A stretch of 64,000 bases of DNA from Salinivirgaceae bacterium. GTDB taxonomy: Bacteria > Bacteroidota > Bacteroidia > Bacteroidales > SZUA-534. Positions 55,605 through 63,945 of this stretch are shown here, piece by piece. The stretch spans positions 1,131 through 65,130 of the forward strand of contig JAGCFC010000166.1 of the NCBI GenBank assembly GCA_017650325.1, written 5' to 3'. Below the pieces are notes generated by a model. The model worked only from the letters and a program-made list of their open reading frames with translations. It did no database searches and was not told the DNA's origin. Each line of letters opens with the position of its first letter. Position 1 is the stretch's first letter. The translations under genes and the position numbers were made by a program.

Positions 55605-55646
55605 CCAATGCCCAACACCCAACACCCAATCCCTAATGCCTAAAAT
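55605..55646. repeat. Heptanucleotide array, 6 units (CCAATGC CCAACAC CCAACAC CCAATCC CTAATGC CTAAAAT)
   Basis: Read directly. It contains four CCC tracts (55611-55633) and ends with the CTAATGC unit also seen at 45874. Confidence 0.75.
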
Positions 55647-55689
55647 CATCTTTTTTCCTACGAAAGTGCGTTCTGTATTAAATTTTACC

Positions 55690-55697
55690 TATATTTG
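55690..55697 (+). promoter_or_regulatory. Candidate -7 promoter box (TATATTTG)
   Basis: TAnnTTTG match 73 nt upstream of ATG 55771. Confidence 0.45.
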
Positions 55698-55770
55698 CCG
55701 CTCGAAACATTATTGTTTCTGTTTTTAAAAAGAGAAAACAACCTAAAAATTAACATTTTAATTTTAAAAA

Positions 55771-57159
55771 ATGATGAAAAAGAGTTTTTTAATGATTGGT
55801 GCTCTTTGCATGGGTGCCGCATTTGTATCTTGCGTTGACGATTCAGAGTCAAGCGAAGTTAAAGATTTGCGCAAGCTTCAGCTCAGCCAGGAGCAAGCCA
55901 AATTGGACCAAACGTACTGGAATATGTACGAGGCAGCAATTAACAATGTGAAAACTTATCAGGGTGATTTGAACACTGCTCAACAGAACCTTGACGGTAT
56001 CAAATCGGGTAACCTTACTCACACTGCTGTGAAAGAGGCTGCTATCGCATACCAGAACATGGTTATTGCCCGCAACAAGAAGGACATTGACGACAAGAAC
56101 GCCGAAATCGCTGCTCAGAAAGCAATGGAAGGTATGACTTACGAGCAAATTCAAGAGGCAAAAATCAAAGCTGATAACGACAAAGAGAAAGCTAAAAAGG
56201 CCCTTGAGGATTACTGGATTGCTAAAACCAACGAGGGCTACAACTTGAGCTATGACTCTTACACTGGTGACAAAACCGTTGACGCTTCAAGCGCTTCAGC
56301 TATGACAAGCATGTTGCTTGGCGATGGCAGCGGCAATATTAAATACCGCAACAACAAGTTGTGCGAGAACGATTGGGTTAAGGCTTTGAACGCTATTTAC
56401 GATTCTGAAATTTATTCTTATGTTGATGGTGATGGTCTGACTAAGACAAGCAGCGACTATGACTTCAGCTATACAGATGATGATGACGATCCGGGTACAG
56501 GCTCGTACACTGCAACTTCAATGTTGAGTAGCCAGACTATTCAACTGAAGGATAACAATGGTTATTCGTTCCAGACTTATACCAAGTACACCTTCAAGGA
56601 TGTTAAGAAATATAAGAAAGCTCTTAGCGAGTATGTTGGCAAACTTAAAGATGCAATTCCTGACAAAGACAATCCGTATTATTCAGCTTCAGTAACAGCT
56701 TACAACCAATACAAAGCCTTGGCGGATAAAATTGCCGCTTTAACTGAGGTTTTGGGTGACGAAGGAAAAACCGCTGCTTACGAGGGAATGCTTAAAGCAT
56801 ACGAAGGCTATGCAAAAGAAATCCGCGCATTTGGTGTAGAAGTTGACAAGGCCACTGCTATTGCAAGTGTTTACGCAAAATCTTCTGCAAGCAACAACGA
56901 GAAGACAATTGCCGGTCTTCAGGATGCTATCAAGGGTTACAACAAAGCCATTGAGGATGCTACTAAAGCAATCAACGATATTGAGAACACAATTGTTGAC
57001 GATGCAACAGCTCAGAAATACTATGAGGCTTTGGTTGCTGACCTCAACAGCCAGATTGCAGCCAACAACGCAGTTGCCGAGAAATATCGCGCTCTTATTG
57101 TAGGAAGCAGCAGCAACAACACACAAAACACAACTCCTGCTGAAACTACAGCTGAATAA
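55771..57159 (+). CDS. Coiled-coil-rich surface lipoprotein, function unknown
   Basis: Lipoprotein signal (GAAFVSC). The N- and C-terminal thirds are Ala/Lys/Glu-rich and heptad-like (..QEQAKLDQTYWNMYEAAINNVKTYQGDLNTAQQNL.. and ..IAGLQDAIKGYNKAIEDATKAINDIENTI..). The central part is Asp/Ser/Tyr-rich. Confidence 0.55.
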   Translation: MMKKSFLMIGALCMGAAFVSCVDDSESSEVKDLRKLQLSQEQAKLDQTYWNMYEAAINNVKTYQGDLNTAQQNLDGIKSGNLTHTAVKEAAIAYQNMVIARNKKDIDDKNAEIAAQKAMEGMTYEQIQEAKIKADNDKEKAKKALEDYWIAKTNEGYNLSYDSYTGDKTVDASSASAMTSMLLGDGSGNIKYRNNKLCENDWVKALNAIYDSEIYSYVDGDGLTKTSSDYDFSYTDDDDDPGTGSYTATSMLSSQTIQLKDNNGYSFQTYTKYTFKDVKKYKKALSEYVGKLKDAIPDKDNPYYSASVTAYNQYKALADKIAALTEVLGDEGKTAAYEGMLKAYEGYAKEIRAFGVEVDKATAIASVYAKSSASNNEKTIAGLQDAIKGYNKAIEDATKAINDIENTIVDDATAQKYYEALVADLNSQIAANNAVAEKYRALIVGSSSNNTQNTTPAETTAE

Positions 57160-57198
57160 TCAATAATCTTAACTAAACAATTTTAAAAGGTTTTGATT

Positions 57199-57909
57199 AT
57201 GAGAAAATTATTGTCAGTAACTGTTCTGTCGCTGTTGGCGTTCGCAGGTACGGTTGTCGCTCAAGACAAACCTATCTACCTGGGCGTAACAGTAGGCTAC
57301 AACAGTTTCTTAAACGCAGACGCATCGCTCTATAGCAATGGTCTTGCAGCCGAGGCTCAGTCGCCGAGTTGGACCGATAAAGGTGCCGTTCTCGGTTTCG
57401 AAGCTGGCGCATACCTTGCTCCTGAGTTGCGCGTTCTGGCTGGCGGTGGTTTAAACCGTACAGTAAAGCCCGGTCATGCAGAGACTGCAGCTGCGGCTGG
57501 CGTTCCGGCATATGCTGAGACACCAAACCGCACCAATATGAACTACGCGTTCTTTGTTGGTGGTGATTTCTGCCCAAGCATGGGTGGCAATGTCCGTCCG
57601 TATGCTGGTGTCCGCGCTCGCGCTGCATACTGCCTCAACACTGAGAAGTATAGATTTGAGAAAGCTGAGACTATCGAAGGTAGCGAGAAGAAATTTGCCG
57701 AGACATGGAACCTTGGCGGTGCCGTTGTATTCGGTGCTGACTATTCGTTCAACGGCGGTTTGATTATCGGCTGCCAGTTCGATTTGTTCTCTTACACCTA
57801 CGCCGCTGTGCAGTACAAGGCACAAAATGGTGTTAAGCCAAATGTTGGCCGCTGCAACAGCATCGGTTTCATTGCCGCTCCAACACTCCGTGTAGGTTTC
57901 AACTTCTAA
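57199..57909 (+). CDS. Small outer-membrane beta-barrel protein (OmpA-N/OmpW-like size)
   Basis: Signal peptide (LLAFAGTVVAQ), alternating strand pattern and C-terminal ..LRVGFNF. Start moved from the track TTG (57193) to ATG 57199. Confidence 0.6.
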   Translation: MRKLLSVTVLSLLAFAGTVVAQDKPIYLGVTVGYNSFLNADASLYSNGLAAEAQSPSWTDKGAVLGFEAGAYLAPELRVLAGGGLNRTVKPGHAETAAAAGVPAYAETPNRTNMNYAFFVGGDFCPSMGGNVRPYAGVRARAAYCLNTEKYRFEKAETIEGSEKKFAETWNLGGAVVFGADYSFNGGLIIGCQFDLFSYTYAAVQYKAQNGVKPNVGRCNSIGFIAAPTLRVGFNF

Positions 57910-57931
57910 TGATTTAGTTAGAGTTCGATAT

Positions 57932-57966
57932 AAAAAAAGGCTGCTCACTGAGCAGCCTTTTTTATT
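57932..57966. terminator. Bidirectional rho-independent terminator (serves 57199..57909 and the convergent kdsC operon)
   Basis: A-run, stem GGCTGCTC / GAGCAGCC (57939-57946 / 57950-57957), then T-run. Confidence 0.75.
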
Positions 57967-57989
57967 TTTCAAATGTTGTGTTGAAAATC

Positions 57990-58517
57990 CTATAAAAAAT
58001 TAGGTGTTTCAAAATTCACCCATCGCCCTTGTGCACGAAGAACCTGCTCAATCACATCGCGTACGCAGCCGTGACCGCCAGGCAGGTCCGATACGTACTT
58101 GGCAAACGGCTTTATGTCGTTTACGGCGTCGGCAGGGCAGGTGGGGACTCCCGCGCGTTTCAGAATAGGGTAGTCGGGTATATCGTCGCCCATATAGAGC
58201 ACATCGTTATCGGTCAGGTTGTGGCGTTTCAGAAAATCATCGAAGGCCGGCACTTTTGCAAGGCTACCGATATAGAGGTCGGTTAAGCCAAGACTTTCGA
58301 AACGCTGCACCACTCCGGCGTTGTTCTTGCCTGCGCTAATGATGGCAATAGGGTAACCCTGTTCATGTGCGAATCGCAGCGCAAATCCGTCGCGGGTGTT
58401 CGATTGGCGCACCTGTTGGCCGTCGGCAAGGCAAATCATAGTGGCGTCGGTGCAGACACCGTCGATATCGAAGGCAAAAGCCTTCACTTTCATCAAATCT
58501 TCTTTAAAATTCGACAT
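57990..58517 (-). CDS. kdsC: KDO 8-phosphate phosphatase (HAD-IIIA, KdsC family)
   Basis: HAD motif I FAFDIDGVCTD, plus GDDIPDYPILKRAGVPTCPADA and the ~175 aa size typical of KdsC. Confidence 0.8.
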   Translation of the reverse strand: MSNFKEDLMKVKAFAFDIDGVCTDATMICLADGQQVRQSNTRDGFALRFAHEQGYPIAIISAGKNNAGVVQRFESLGLTDLYIGSLAKVPAFDDFLKRHNLTDNDVLYMGDDIPDYPILKRAGVPTCPADAVNDIKPFAKYVSDLPGGHGCVRDVIEQVLRAQGRWVNFETPNFL

Positions 58518-58558
58518 TTGTGTAAATAGTTTATTTTTCCCCGGCAGTTGCAGCCGTT

Positions 58559-59329
58559 TCAGTTTTCTTTTGGCTTGTATCTGCCCTGAATCCTTTCCGA
58601 CACAAAACTATACAATTTTTGCAACTTACCGTCGGGCAGCGATTGCATTTGACGGCTCATCACTGTAGTGTCGCCGCGCCTGGCCGGGCCGGTTTGTGCT
58701 GCTGTAGGGCCCATGTCGGCTGCTTTGGCGGCCGTCTCGGCTATCAGTTGCCTCATTATCTCGAATGGAATGTCGCCGCCTTTCAGTATGGTCTCGGCTT
58801 CAGCGTACATGCAATTGGCAAAATTGCTGGCAAACACTGCTGCCAAATGCAGTTTGGATCGTTGGGCCGATGTCATTGGTCTTACATCGTTGCTCAGCGA
58901 GTTGGCGAGAGCAGTAAGCGTTTCGGCAGTTTGCTCGTTGTTGCCTTCAATGCAGAATGGCACGCAACTGACATCGATTTTTCGGCTTTTGCTGAACGAT
59001 TGAAGCGGATAGACTACGCCGTGGCGGTCGAATCGTTCCAAAACGCTCATGGGGACGCTACCAGCTGTATGCGCCACAATTCCTTTAACTTCAGGCATTT
59101 GTGCGGCCACGCCGGCAATGTTGTCATCGCTTACGCTTATCAAGTATATATCGGCGCCGTTAGGAATGGCGCTAATGTTGTCGAACGGTTTGGTATTCAG
59201 TTTTTTTGCCAATTCGGCTGTGTGAGCCTGTTGACGTCCGCAGACACCGGTAATGTTATGGCCGGCCTTAATCAGTGCTGTCGAAAGGTGCGTAGCTACA
59301 TTTCCCGAACCGATAACAAAAATATTCAT
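58559..59329 (-). CDS. Rossmann-fold NAD(P)-binding protein (DUF2520-type)
   Basis: N-terminal dinucleotide-binding motif MNIFVIGSGNVATHL. Its ~256 aa size and position next to kdsC match DUF2520 proteins as I remember them from Bacteroidales. Confidence 0.55.
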   Translation of the reverse strand: MNIFVIGSGNVATHLSTALIKAGHNITGVCGRQQAHTAELAKKLNTKPFDNISAIPNGADIYLISVSDDNIAGVAAQMPEVKGIVAHTAGSVPMSVLERFDRHGVVYPLQSFSKSRKIDVSCVPFCIEGNNEQTAETLTALANSLSNDVRPMTSAQRSKLHLAAVFASNFANCMYAEAETILKGGDIPFEIMRQLIAETAAKAADMGPTAAQTGPARRGDTTVMSRQMQSLPDGKLQKLYSFVSERIQGRYKPKEN

Positions 59330-59339
59330 CGGCCAGTTT

Positions 59340-60383
59340 TTATTTTTGGTAGAACTCGGGTGTCACCACAATCGACTCATGCAGGCGGTCATCGGGGCCA
59401 ATGAAACGGAAATCGACCGACCCTTCGTTCAGCATGATCATTTTAACGGAGTAAAGGTCGAGAGCGTTTTTCCATAGTTCGGTCTTAACCAGTTGCTCGA
59501 GAGCGGCTCCTTTTGGCGTTGTTTTCTGTCGGCTTCTGATGTAAAGTGTCAGCTTGTTGGTGCCATAATCCATCTTTACGCTCGACAATTGAATCTTGCT
59601 TATGATGTCAAACGGTATCCCCTTCCTGTCGGACTTCAGCACACGTTCAAAATCTTTTTCCGGACAGCGGAACGGTTCGGTGGTGGTGAGGGCGTTGCTG
59701 ATGTCGGACGGATGGATGACAATGGCGTAAATACGTTGGTTCCGTGGCTTCGTTGGAAACACAGGATCGAGAATGACTGCGTTCATTGAAGATCCGTTTT
59801 TCGATTCGTAGAATGCATATCTTATTTGCAGAGAGTCGCTCAGACAGGCGTTAAGTAGCTCACGGTCTTCGTTGCGCAAGTGTTTCAGCAATTGGCTGTG
59901 GCGGTATTTCGACTCGCAAATCAGTCGTTCGTCAGTGTAATCTTTAAGGTAGGTGTTGGCTAGTGTGAGTGCTATCTTAACATATTTCCGCTTAAGAATA
60001 ATACTGTCTGTTGTTATGCCTTCGGCAAAGGGTTGCGGCAGTGTCGCCATTTTTTCATTAATAATGGAGTCCAGCTTGTAGTTGGTCTCGGTGGTTGCTT
60101 GCGTGGCTTTGTCTTCGTGGTTATGAATAAACCACATGATGCCCATTGCAATTGCAAACGCCACTATTAGAACGGCAGTTATTATTTTTGTGGCCGATTT
60201 TTGCGAACCGCCTATCATCGATTCCTCGAGTTCGGCAATGTCGTTTGCCGAAGCATGCAAATCGGCACAGTGCTTGTCGAAAGTGGGCTTGTCATTGGTC
60301 AGTCCGCAAACAATGCCGCGTTCTATATCGCGTTTTGAATTCCGGCAGATGGCGCAGTATTTTATTTTGTCCGATAGTTCCAT
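59340..60383 (-). CDS. Hypothetical membrane-anchored protein with N-terminal Cys-rich (zinc-ribbon-like) segment
   Basis: CAICRN..CGL..HC at the N-terminus, one TM segment (IITAVLIVAFAIAMGIMWFI) and a ~260-aa C-terminal domain with no motif I recognise. Confidence 0.5.
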   Translation of the reverse strand: MELSDKIKYCAICRNSKRDIERGIVCGLTNDKPTFDKHCADLHASANDIAELEESMIGGSQKSATKIITAVLIVAFAIAMGIMWFIHNHEDKATQATTETNYKLDSIINEKMATLPQPFAEGITTDSIILKRKYVKIALTLANTYLKDYTDERLICESKYRHSQLLKHLRNEDRELLNACLSDSLQIRYAFYESKNGSSMNAVILDPVFPTKPRNQRIYAIVIHPSDISNALTTTEPFRCPEKDFERVLKSDRKGIPFDIISKIQLSSVKMDYGTNKLTLYIRSRQKTTPKGAALEQLVKTELWKNALDLYSVKMIMLNEGSVDFRFIGPDDRLHESIVVTPEFYQK

Positions 60384-60452
60384 TTGAGTAGTGTGTTTAG
60401 CGTTATTAGCTGCAATTTAATAAATCAGTTATTAAATCCGTCATTCAGTCAA

Positions 60453-61073
60453 TCAATTTTTGCCGGAATTGTATGGCACACGGTTCAAAATTGAGCGGCC
60501 CAAAGTTATTTCGTCGGTATATTCGAGCTCGTCGCCTACTGACAGACCGCGTGCAAGCGTTGTTATTGGCACTCCGAAGGGGCTTAGACGCCTGAAAAGG
60601 TAGAAGTTTGTAGTGTCGCCTTCGATGGTGGTGCTGGTGGCCAGAATAATTTCGGCAATGGTGTTTCCCTGCACCCGGCGTTCAAGGCTGTCGATGTTCA
60701 GATTTTTCGGTCCGATGCCGTCCATTGGCGATATGCGGCCGCCCAACACATGGTAGAGTCCGCGGTACTGGCCGGTATTCTCAATGGCAATCAGTTCACG
60801 GATGGTCTCAACAACGCAGATGAGCGAATGGTCGCGGCGTTCATCGGAACAGATGTCGCAAAGGCCTTCCGACTCTGTAATATTGTGACATTCAGGACAG
60901 ATCATAATGTCGGTTTTCATTTGGCTGATGGCCGACACAAATGACTCAACTTCGTCGTCGGGTTGGTTAAGCAGATGTAACGTAAGTCGCAGTGCGGTCT
61001 TTTTGCCGATCCCCGGCAGTTTGCCGAATTCATTCACCACATTATCGAGCAGTCGCGATGGGAGTTGTTGCAT
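60453..61073 (-). CDS. recR: Recombination protein RecR
   Basis: HhH motif [12 protein letters not shown], zinc finger CPECHN..CDIC, and a Toprim region ([14 protein letters not shown]). Confidence 0.9.
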   Translation of the reverse strand: MQQLPSRLLDNVVNEFGKLPGIGKKTALRLTLHLLNQPDDEVESFVSAISQMKTDIMICPECHNITESEGLCDICSDERRDHSLICVVETIRELIAIENTGQYRGLYHVLGGRISPMDGIGPKNLNIDSLERRVQGNTIAEIILATSTTIEGDTTNFYLFRRLSPFGVPITTLARGLSVGDELEYTDEITLGRSILNRVPYNSGKN

Positions 61074-61092
61074 TATTTCGATTTTTATAATC

Positions 61093-61100
61093 CAAATATA
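61093..61100 (-). promoter_or_regulatory. Candidate -7 promoter box (TATATTTG on minus strand)
   Basis: TAnnTTTG match 19 nt upstream of the recR ATG 61073. Confidence 0.45.
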
Positions 61101-61157
61101 AAGTAAAAGTTGAGAAACAACGGATGGTCAAATCCTAATTTCATTCCTAAAAAATTG

Positions 61158-61165
61158 TAGATTTG
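61158..61165 (+). promoter_or_regulatory. Candidate -7 promoter box (TAGATTTG)
   Basis: TAnnTTTG match 17 nt upstream of ATG 61183. Confidence 0.45.
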
Positions 61166-61182
61166 CGGAAAACAAATCTGAT

Positions 61183-62682
61183 ATGTCGCCTACACTTATA
61201 ATTATTGTGCTTTTAGCCTACTTTGGAGTGTTGCTGGGCATTTCATATTTTACAGGACGCAAAGCCGATAACGATTCGTTTTTCATTGGCAACCACCGTT
61301 CTCCGTGGTATTTGGTGGCCTTCGGGATGATTGGCACAAGCATTTCGGGTGTCACGTTCATATCGGTGCCGGGCGAGGTCGGATTCAATCAATTTGCCTA
61401 TATGCAGATGGTCATCGGCTTCTTTTTCGGCTATTGGATTGTTGCAAAAGTCTTGTTGCCAATCTATTACAAATACAACTTGACCAGTATTTACACTTAT
61501 CTCGAAACCCGCTTCGGCCGCACGTCGTACAAGACCGGCTCGGCATTTTTTCTTTTGAGCCGAGTTATCGGATGCTCGTTCCGTTTGTTTCTGATGGTTA
61601 GTGTGCTTCAGCTGGCAGTGTTCGATGCGTGGGGTGTTCCGTTTGAGTTGACGGTGCTGGTTATAATGGCGCTCATTCTGCTATATACATTCAAGGGTGG
61701 CATCCGAACCATTGTTTTTACCGATACGTTGCAAACTCTATTTATGCTTACTGCGCTGGTAATCACCATTGTGGCCGTTAAAAACTCGCTCGGGTTGAGC
61801 ATCGGCGGAGTGGTGAACGAGATTTGCCAGTCCGACTATTCGCGTATCTGGTTCTTCGACAATCCGAAAGAGAAAACATTCTTCTGGAAGCAGTTCCTTA
61901 GCGGAATCTTCATTGTTATTGTAATGACCGGTCTTGACCAGGATATGATGCAGAAAAACTTAAGTTGCCGAAATCTGAAAGACGCACAGAAGAACATGTA
62001 TTGGTATGGATTCGCGTTTATTCCTGTCAATTTGCTTTTTATGGCGCTGGGCGCAATGCTCTACATCTATGCCAGTCGTAACGGAATTCCCGTTCCCGAG
62101 CAGACCGACAATCTTTACCCGATGCTTGCCACGCAGGGTTATCTGCCGCAAGTGGTTGCGCTTTTCTTTGTGGTGGGGCTTGTGGCGGCGGCTTATTCGT
62201 CGGCCGATTCGGCACTCACGGCGCTCACTACGGCTTTTTCTATCGACATACTCGAAATCGGGAAGCGCAATCTAGCACCTGACGCTCAGACACGCCTTCG
62301 CAAGCGTGTTCACATCTGCATTGCGGCCGTTGTGTCGTTGGTCATCATTATCTTCAACCGTTTGAACGACCGAAGCGTAATCAGCGCCATATATACCATT
62401 GCCGGCTATACCTACGGCCCACTGCTGGGACTCTATGCCTTTGGGCTGTTTACTAAAAAACCGGTCCGCGACCGCTGGGTGTGGATTGTGGCGGTGGTGT
62501 CGCCGTGCATCTGCATTGTGCTCAACTGGCTTGCGCCGAAACTGCTCAATGGGTATAAAATGGGATATGAACTGCTAATTATAAACGGAGCTCTGACTTT
62601 TGCCGGATTGTGGATTTTACAGAAAAAAGATACTCTGAACGCAACCAAAACAGAGGTCGGCACGTCTATCATGTGCAACTAA
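61183..62682 (+). CDS. Sodium:solute symporter (SSS) family transporter
   Basis: About 13 predicted TM segments. The N-terminal pattern (FFIGNHRSPWYLVAFGMIGTSISGVTFISVPG) is typical of the SSS family. Confidence 0.75.
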   Translation: MSPTLIIIVLLAYFGVLLGISYFTGRKADNDSFFIGNHRSPWYLVAFGMIGTSISGVTFISVPGEVGFNQFAYMQMVIGFFFGYWIVAKVLLPIYYKYNLTSIYTYLETRFGRTSYKTGSAFFLLSRVIGCSFRLFLMVSVLQLAVFDAWGVPFELTVLVIMALILLYTFKGGIRTIVFTDTLQTLFMLTALVITIVAVKNSLGLSIGGVVNEICQSDYSRIWFFDNPKEKTFFWKQFLSGIFIVIVMTGLDQDMMQKNLSCRNLKDAQKNMYWYGFAFIPVNLLFMALGAMLYIYASRNGIPVPEQTDNLYPMLATQGYLPQVVALFFVVGLVAAAYSSADSALTALTTAFSIDILEIGKRNLAPDAQTRLRKRVHICIAAVVSLVIIIFNRLNDRSVISAIYTIAGYTYGPLLGLYAFGLFTKKPVRDRWVWIVAVVSPCICIVLNWLAPKLLNGYKMGYELLIINGALTFAGLWILQKKDTLNATKTEVGTSIMCN

Positions 62683-62695
62683 TTGAAAAATTGAA

Positions 62696-63268
62696 ATGAC
62701 TGGAACAATTGATTGGGACGAACTGGTCAGATTGTGTAAACGGAACCGGCCCGATGCACAGCAGAAGGTGTATAATCTGCTGTCGTCGAAGATGTTCGGA
62801 GTGTGCTTGCGCTATGCCAAGGACCGTACAGAGGCAGAGGATATCCTTCAGGACGGGTTTCTGAGGATTTTTACTAAAATCGGCCAATTCGATTTTAAAG
62901 GTTCTTTTGAAGGTTGGGTCCGTCGCGTGATTGTGAACTGCGCGCTTGAGCGATATCGAAAGCAGAATTTGCTTTACAACGTGAGTGAGATTGGCGATTA
63001 TGACACGCACTTGTCGTCGGACGATGTGTTAAGCGAGATTTCGGCCAGCGAACTCCTTCAAATGGTACAGGAACTGACACCGCAGTACCGTACGGTGTTC
63101 AACCTTTATGCCATTGAGGGTTACTCGCATCAAGAGATTGGACAGATGATTGGCATTTCGGAGAGTACGTCGAAATCGAACTTGTCGCGAGCAAGATGTA
63201 TTTTGCAGGAGAAGGTTGAGGCTCTTTACGGGCAGCGCCAACGTGATGTGAAAATATTAAATAAGTGA
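62696..63268 (+). CDS. ECF-type RNA polymerase sigma-70 factor
   Basis: Region 2 (AEDILQDGFLRIFTKIGQF..FEGWVRRVIVNCALERYRK) and region 4 (LTPQYRTVFNLYAIEGYSHQEIGQMIGISESTSKSNLSRAR). Confidence 0.85.
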   Translation: MTGTIDWDELVRLCKRNRPDAQQKVYNLLSSKMFGVCLRYAKDRTEAEDILQDGFLRIFTKIGQFDFKGSFEGWVRRVIVNCALERYRKQNLLYNVSEIGDYDTHLSSDDVLSEISASELLQMVQELTPQYRTVFNLYAIEGYSHQEIGQMIGISESTSKSNLSRARCILQEKVEALYGQRQRDVKILNK

Positions 63269-63280
63269 TTATATTAGCAG

Positions 63281-63628
63281 ATGATAATTATGAGTATCAA
63301 AAACATTGACAAGATTTTCCGTAAAGGGTTGCGCTATAACGAAGCCACGGCGCCCGATTATATTTGGGGTCAGTTAAGCAACACGCTGGCATCGCAGCGC
63401 CGCAACAAACGCCGGTTTATGTTTGCAGCGGCCTCAGTGGCTCTGCTGTTGGGCATTGGCGCTGTATGGATGGGCATCGATAACGGCCGTCAGCAACAGA
63501 TTGCCGGTGGTGCGGCAGCCGATTCGGTTCCGGTAATCCATTCTGCCGAAATGCTCGAGGCTCCATCGTTTGCCGACAGTGCAACATACGTAAATGATTG
63601 TGTTGTGAACGAGTTTGAAGGTGAATAG
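63281..63628 (+). CDS. Putative anti-sigma factor (short, single-pass membrane protein)
   Basis: Lies 12 nt downstream of the ECF sigma gene. One TM segment (FMFAAASVALLLGIGAVWMGI). Assignment is by position only. Confidence 0.4.
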   Translation: MIIMSIKNIDKIFRKGLRYNEATAPDYIWGQLSNTLASQRRNKRRFMFAAASVALLLGIGAVWMGIDNGRQQQIAGGAAADSVPVIHSAEMLEAPSFADSATYVNDCVVNEFEGE

Positions 63629-63763
63629 ATGACATTTGAGAAACAAATAGTTGCATTTTTATCTAGCCCCGATTTCTGAAATTATATGTGCGAAATACCG
63701 AAATTATCTTTTGCATTTTCGCTAAAAAACATTTACTTCGCATTGTTTTGATGAAAAACTGAT

Positions 63764-63823
63764 ATGAGCAACGTAAACAATTTGAACAGCAAACAGTGGT
63801 GGTGGCGCCGGTCCGGAATGTAG
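63764..63823 (+). CDS. Candidate Trp-operon leader peptide (19 codons, three consecutive Trp codons)
   Basis: ATG AGC AAC GTA AAC AAT TTG AAC AGC AAA CAG TGG TGG TGG CGC CGG TCC GGA ATG TAG = MSNVNNLNSKQWWWRRSGM. Too short for the ORF track. Followed by alternative hairpins and a TrpB-like gene. Confidence 0.6.
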   Translation: MSNVNNLNSKQWWWRRSGM

Positions 63824-63857
63824 TGGATTGGCCCGTCGGTTTGTTGTATGACATATA

Positions 63858-63890
63858 ACCCGCAAGCAATCCACTTGCGGGTTTTTGTTT
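63858..63890 (+). terminator. Attenuator terminator hairpin downstream of the Trp leader ORF
   Basis: Stem ACCCGCAAG / CTTGCGGGT (63858-63866 / 63874-63882) with loop CAATCCA, followed by TTTTTGTTTG. AGTGGATTG (63822-63830) is complementary to CAATCCACT (63867-63875), giving a competing structure. Confidence 0.65.
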
Positions 63891-63945
63891 GCCGTATCGT
63901 CAGCATCGATAAATGTGATTTTTAACATAATTTAAATTCAAAAAA

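Noticed and set aside
55385-55643. 60-aa (minus) and 80-aa (plus) ORFs in the UbiA-lipoprotein spacer
   Set aside because: They run through the heptanucleotide arrays and encode low-complexity, highly basic or Pro/Asn-rich strings. I treat the region as non-coding.
58619-59404. 261-aa ORF on the plus strand
   Set aside because: It is antisense to the Rossmann-fold (DUF2520-type) gene and crosses a gene boundary. I see no recognisable motif.
63663-63928. Two 68-aa minus-strand ORFs
   Set aside because: They overlap the Trp leader ORF and the terminator hairpin on the opposite strand. The attenuator interpretation explains the region better.
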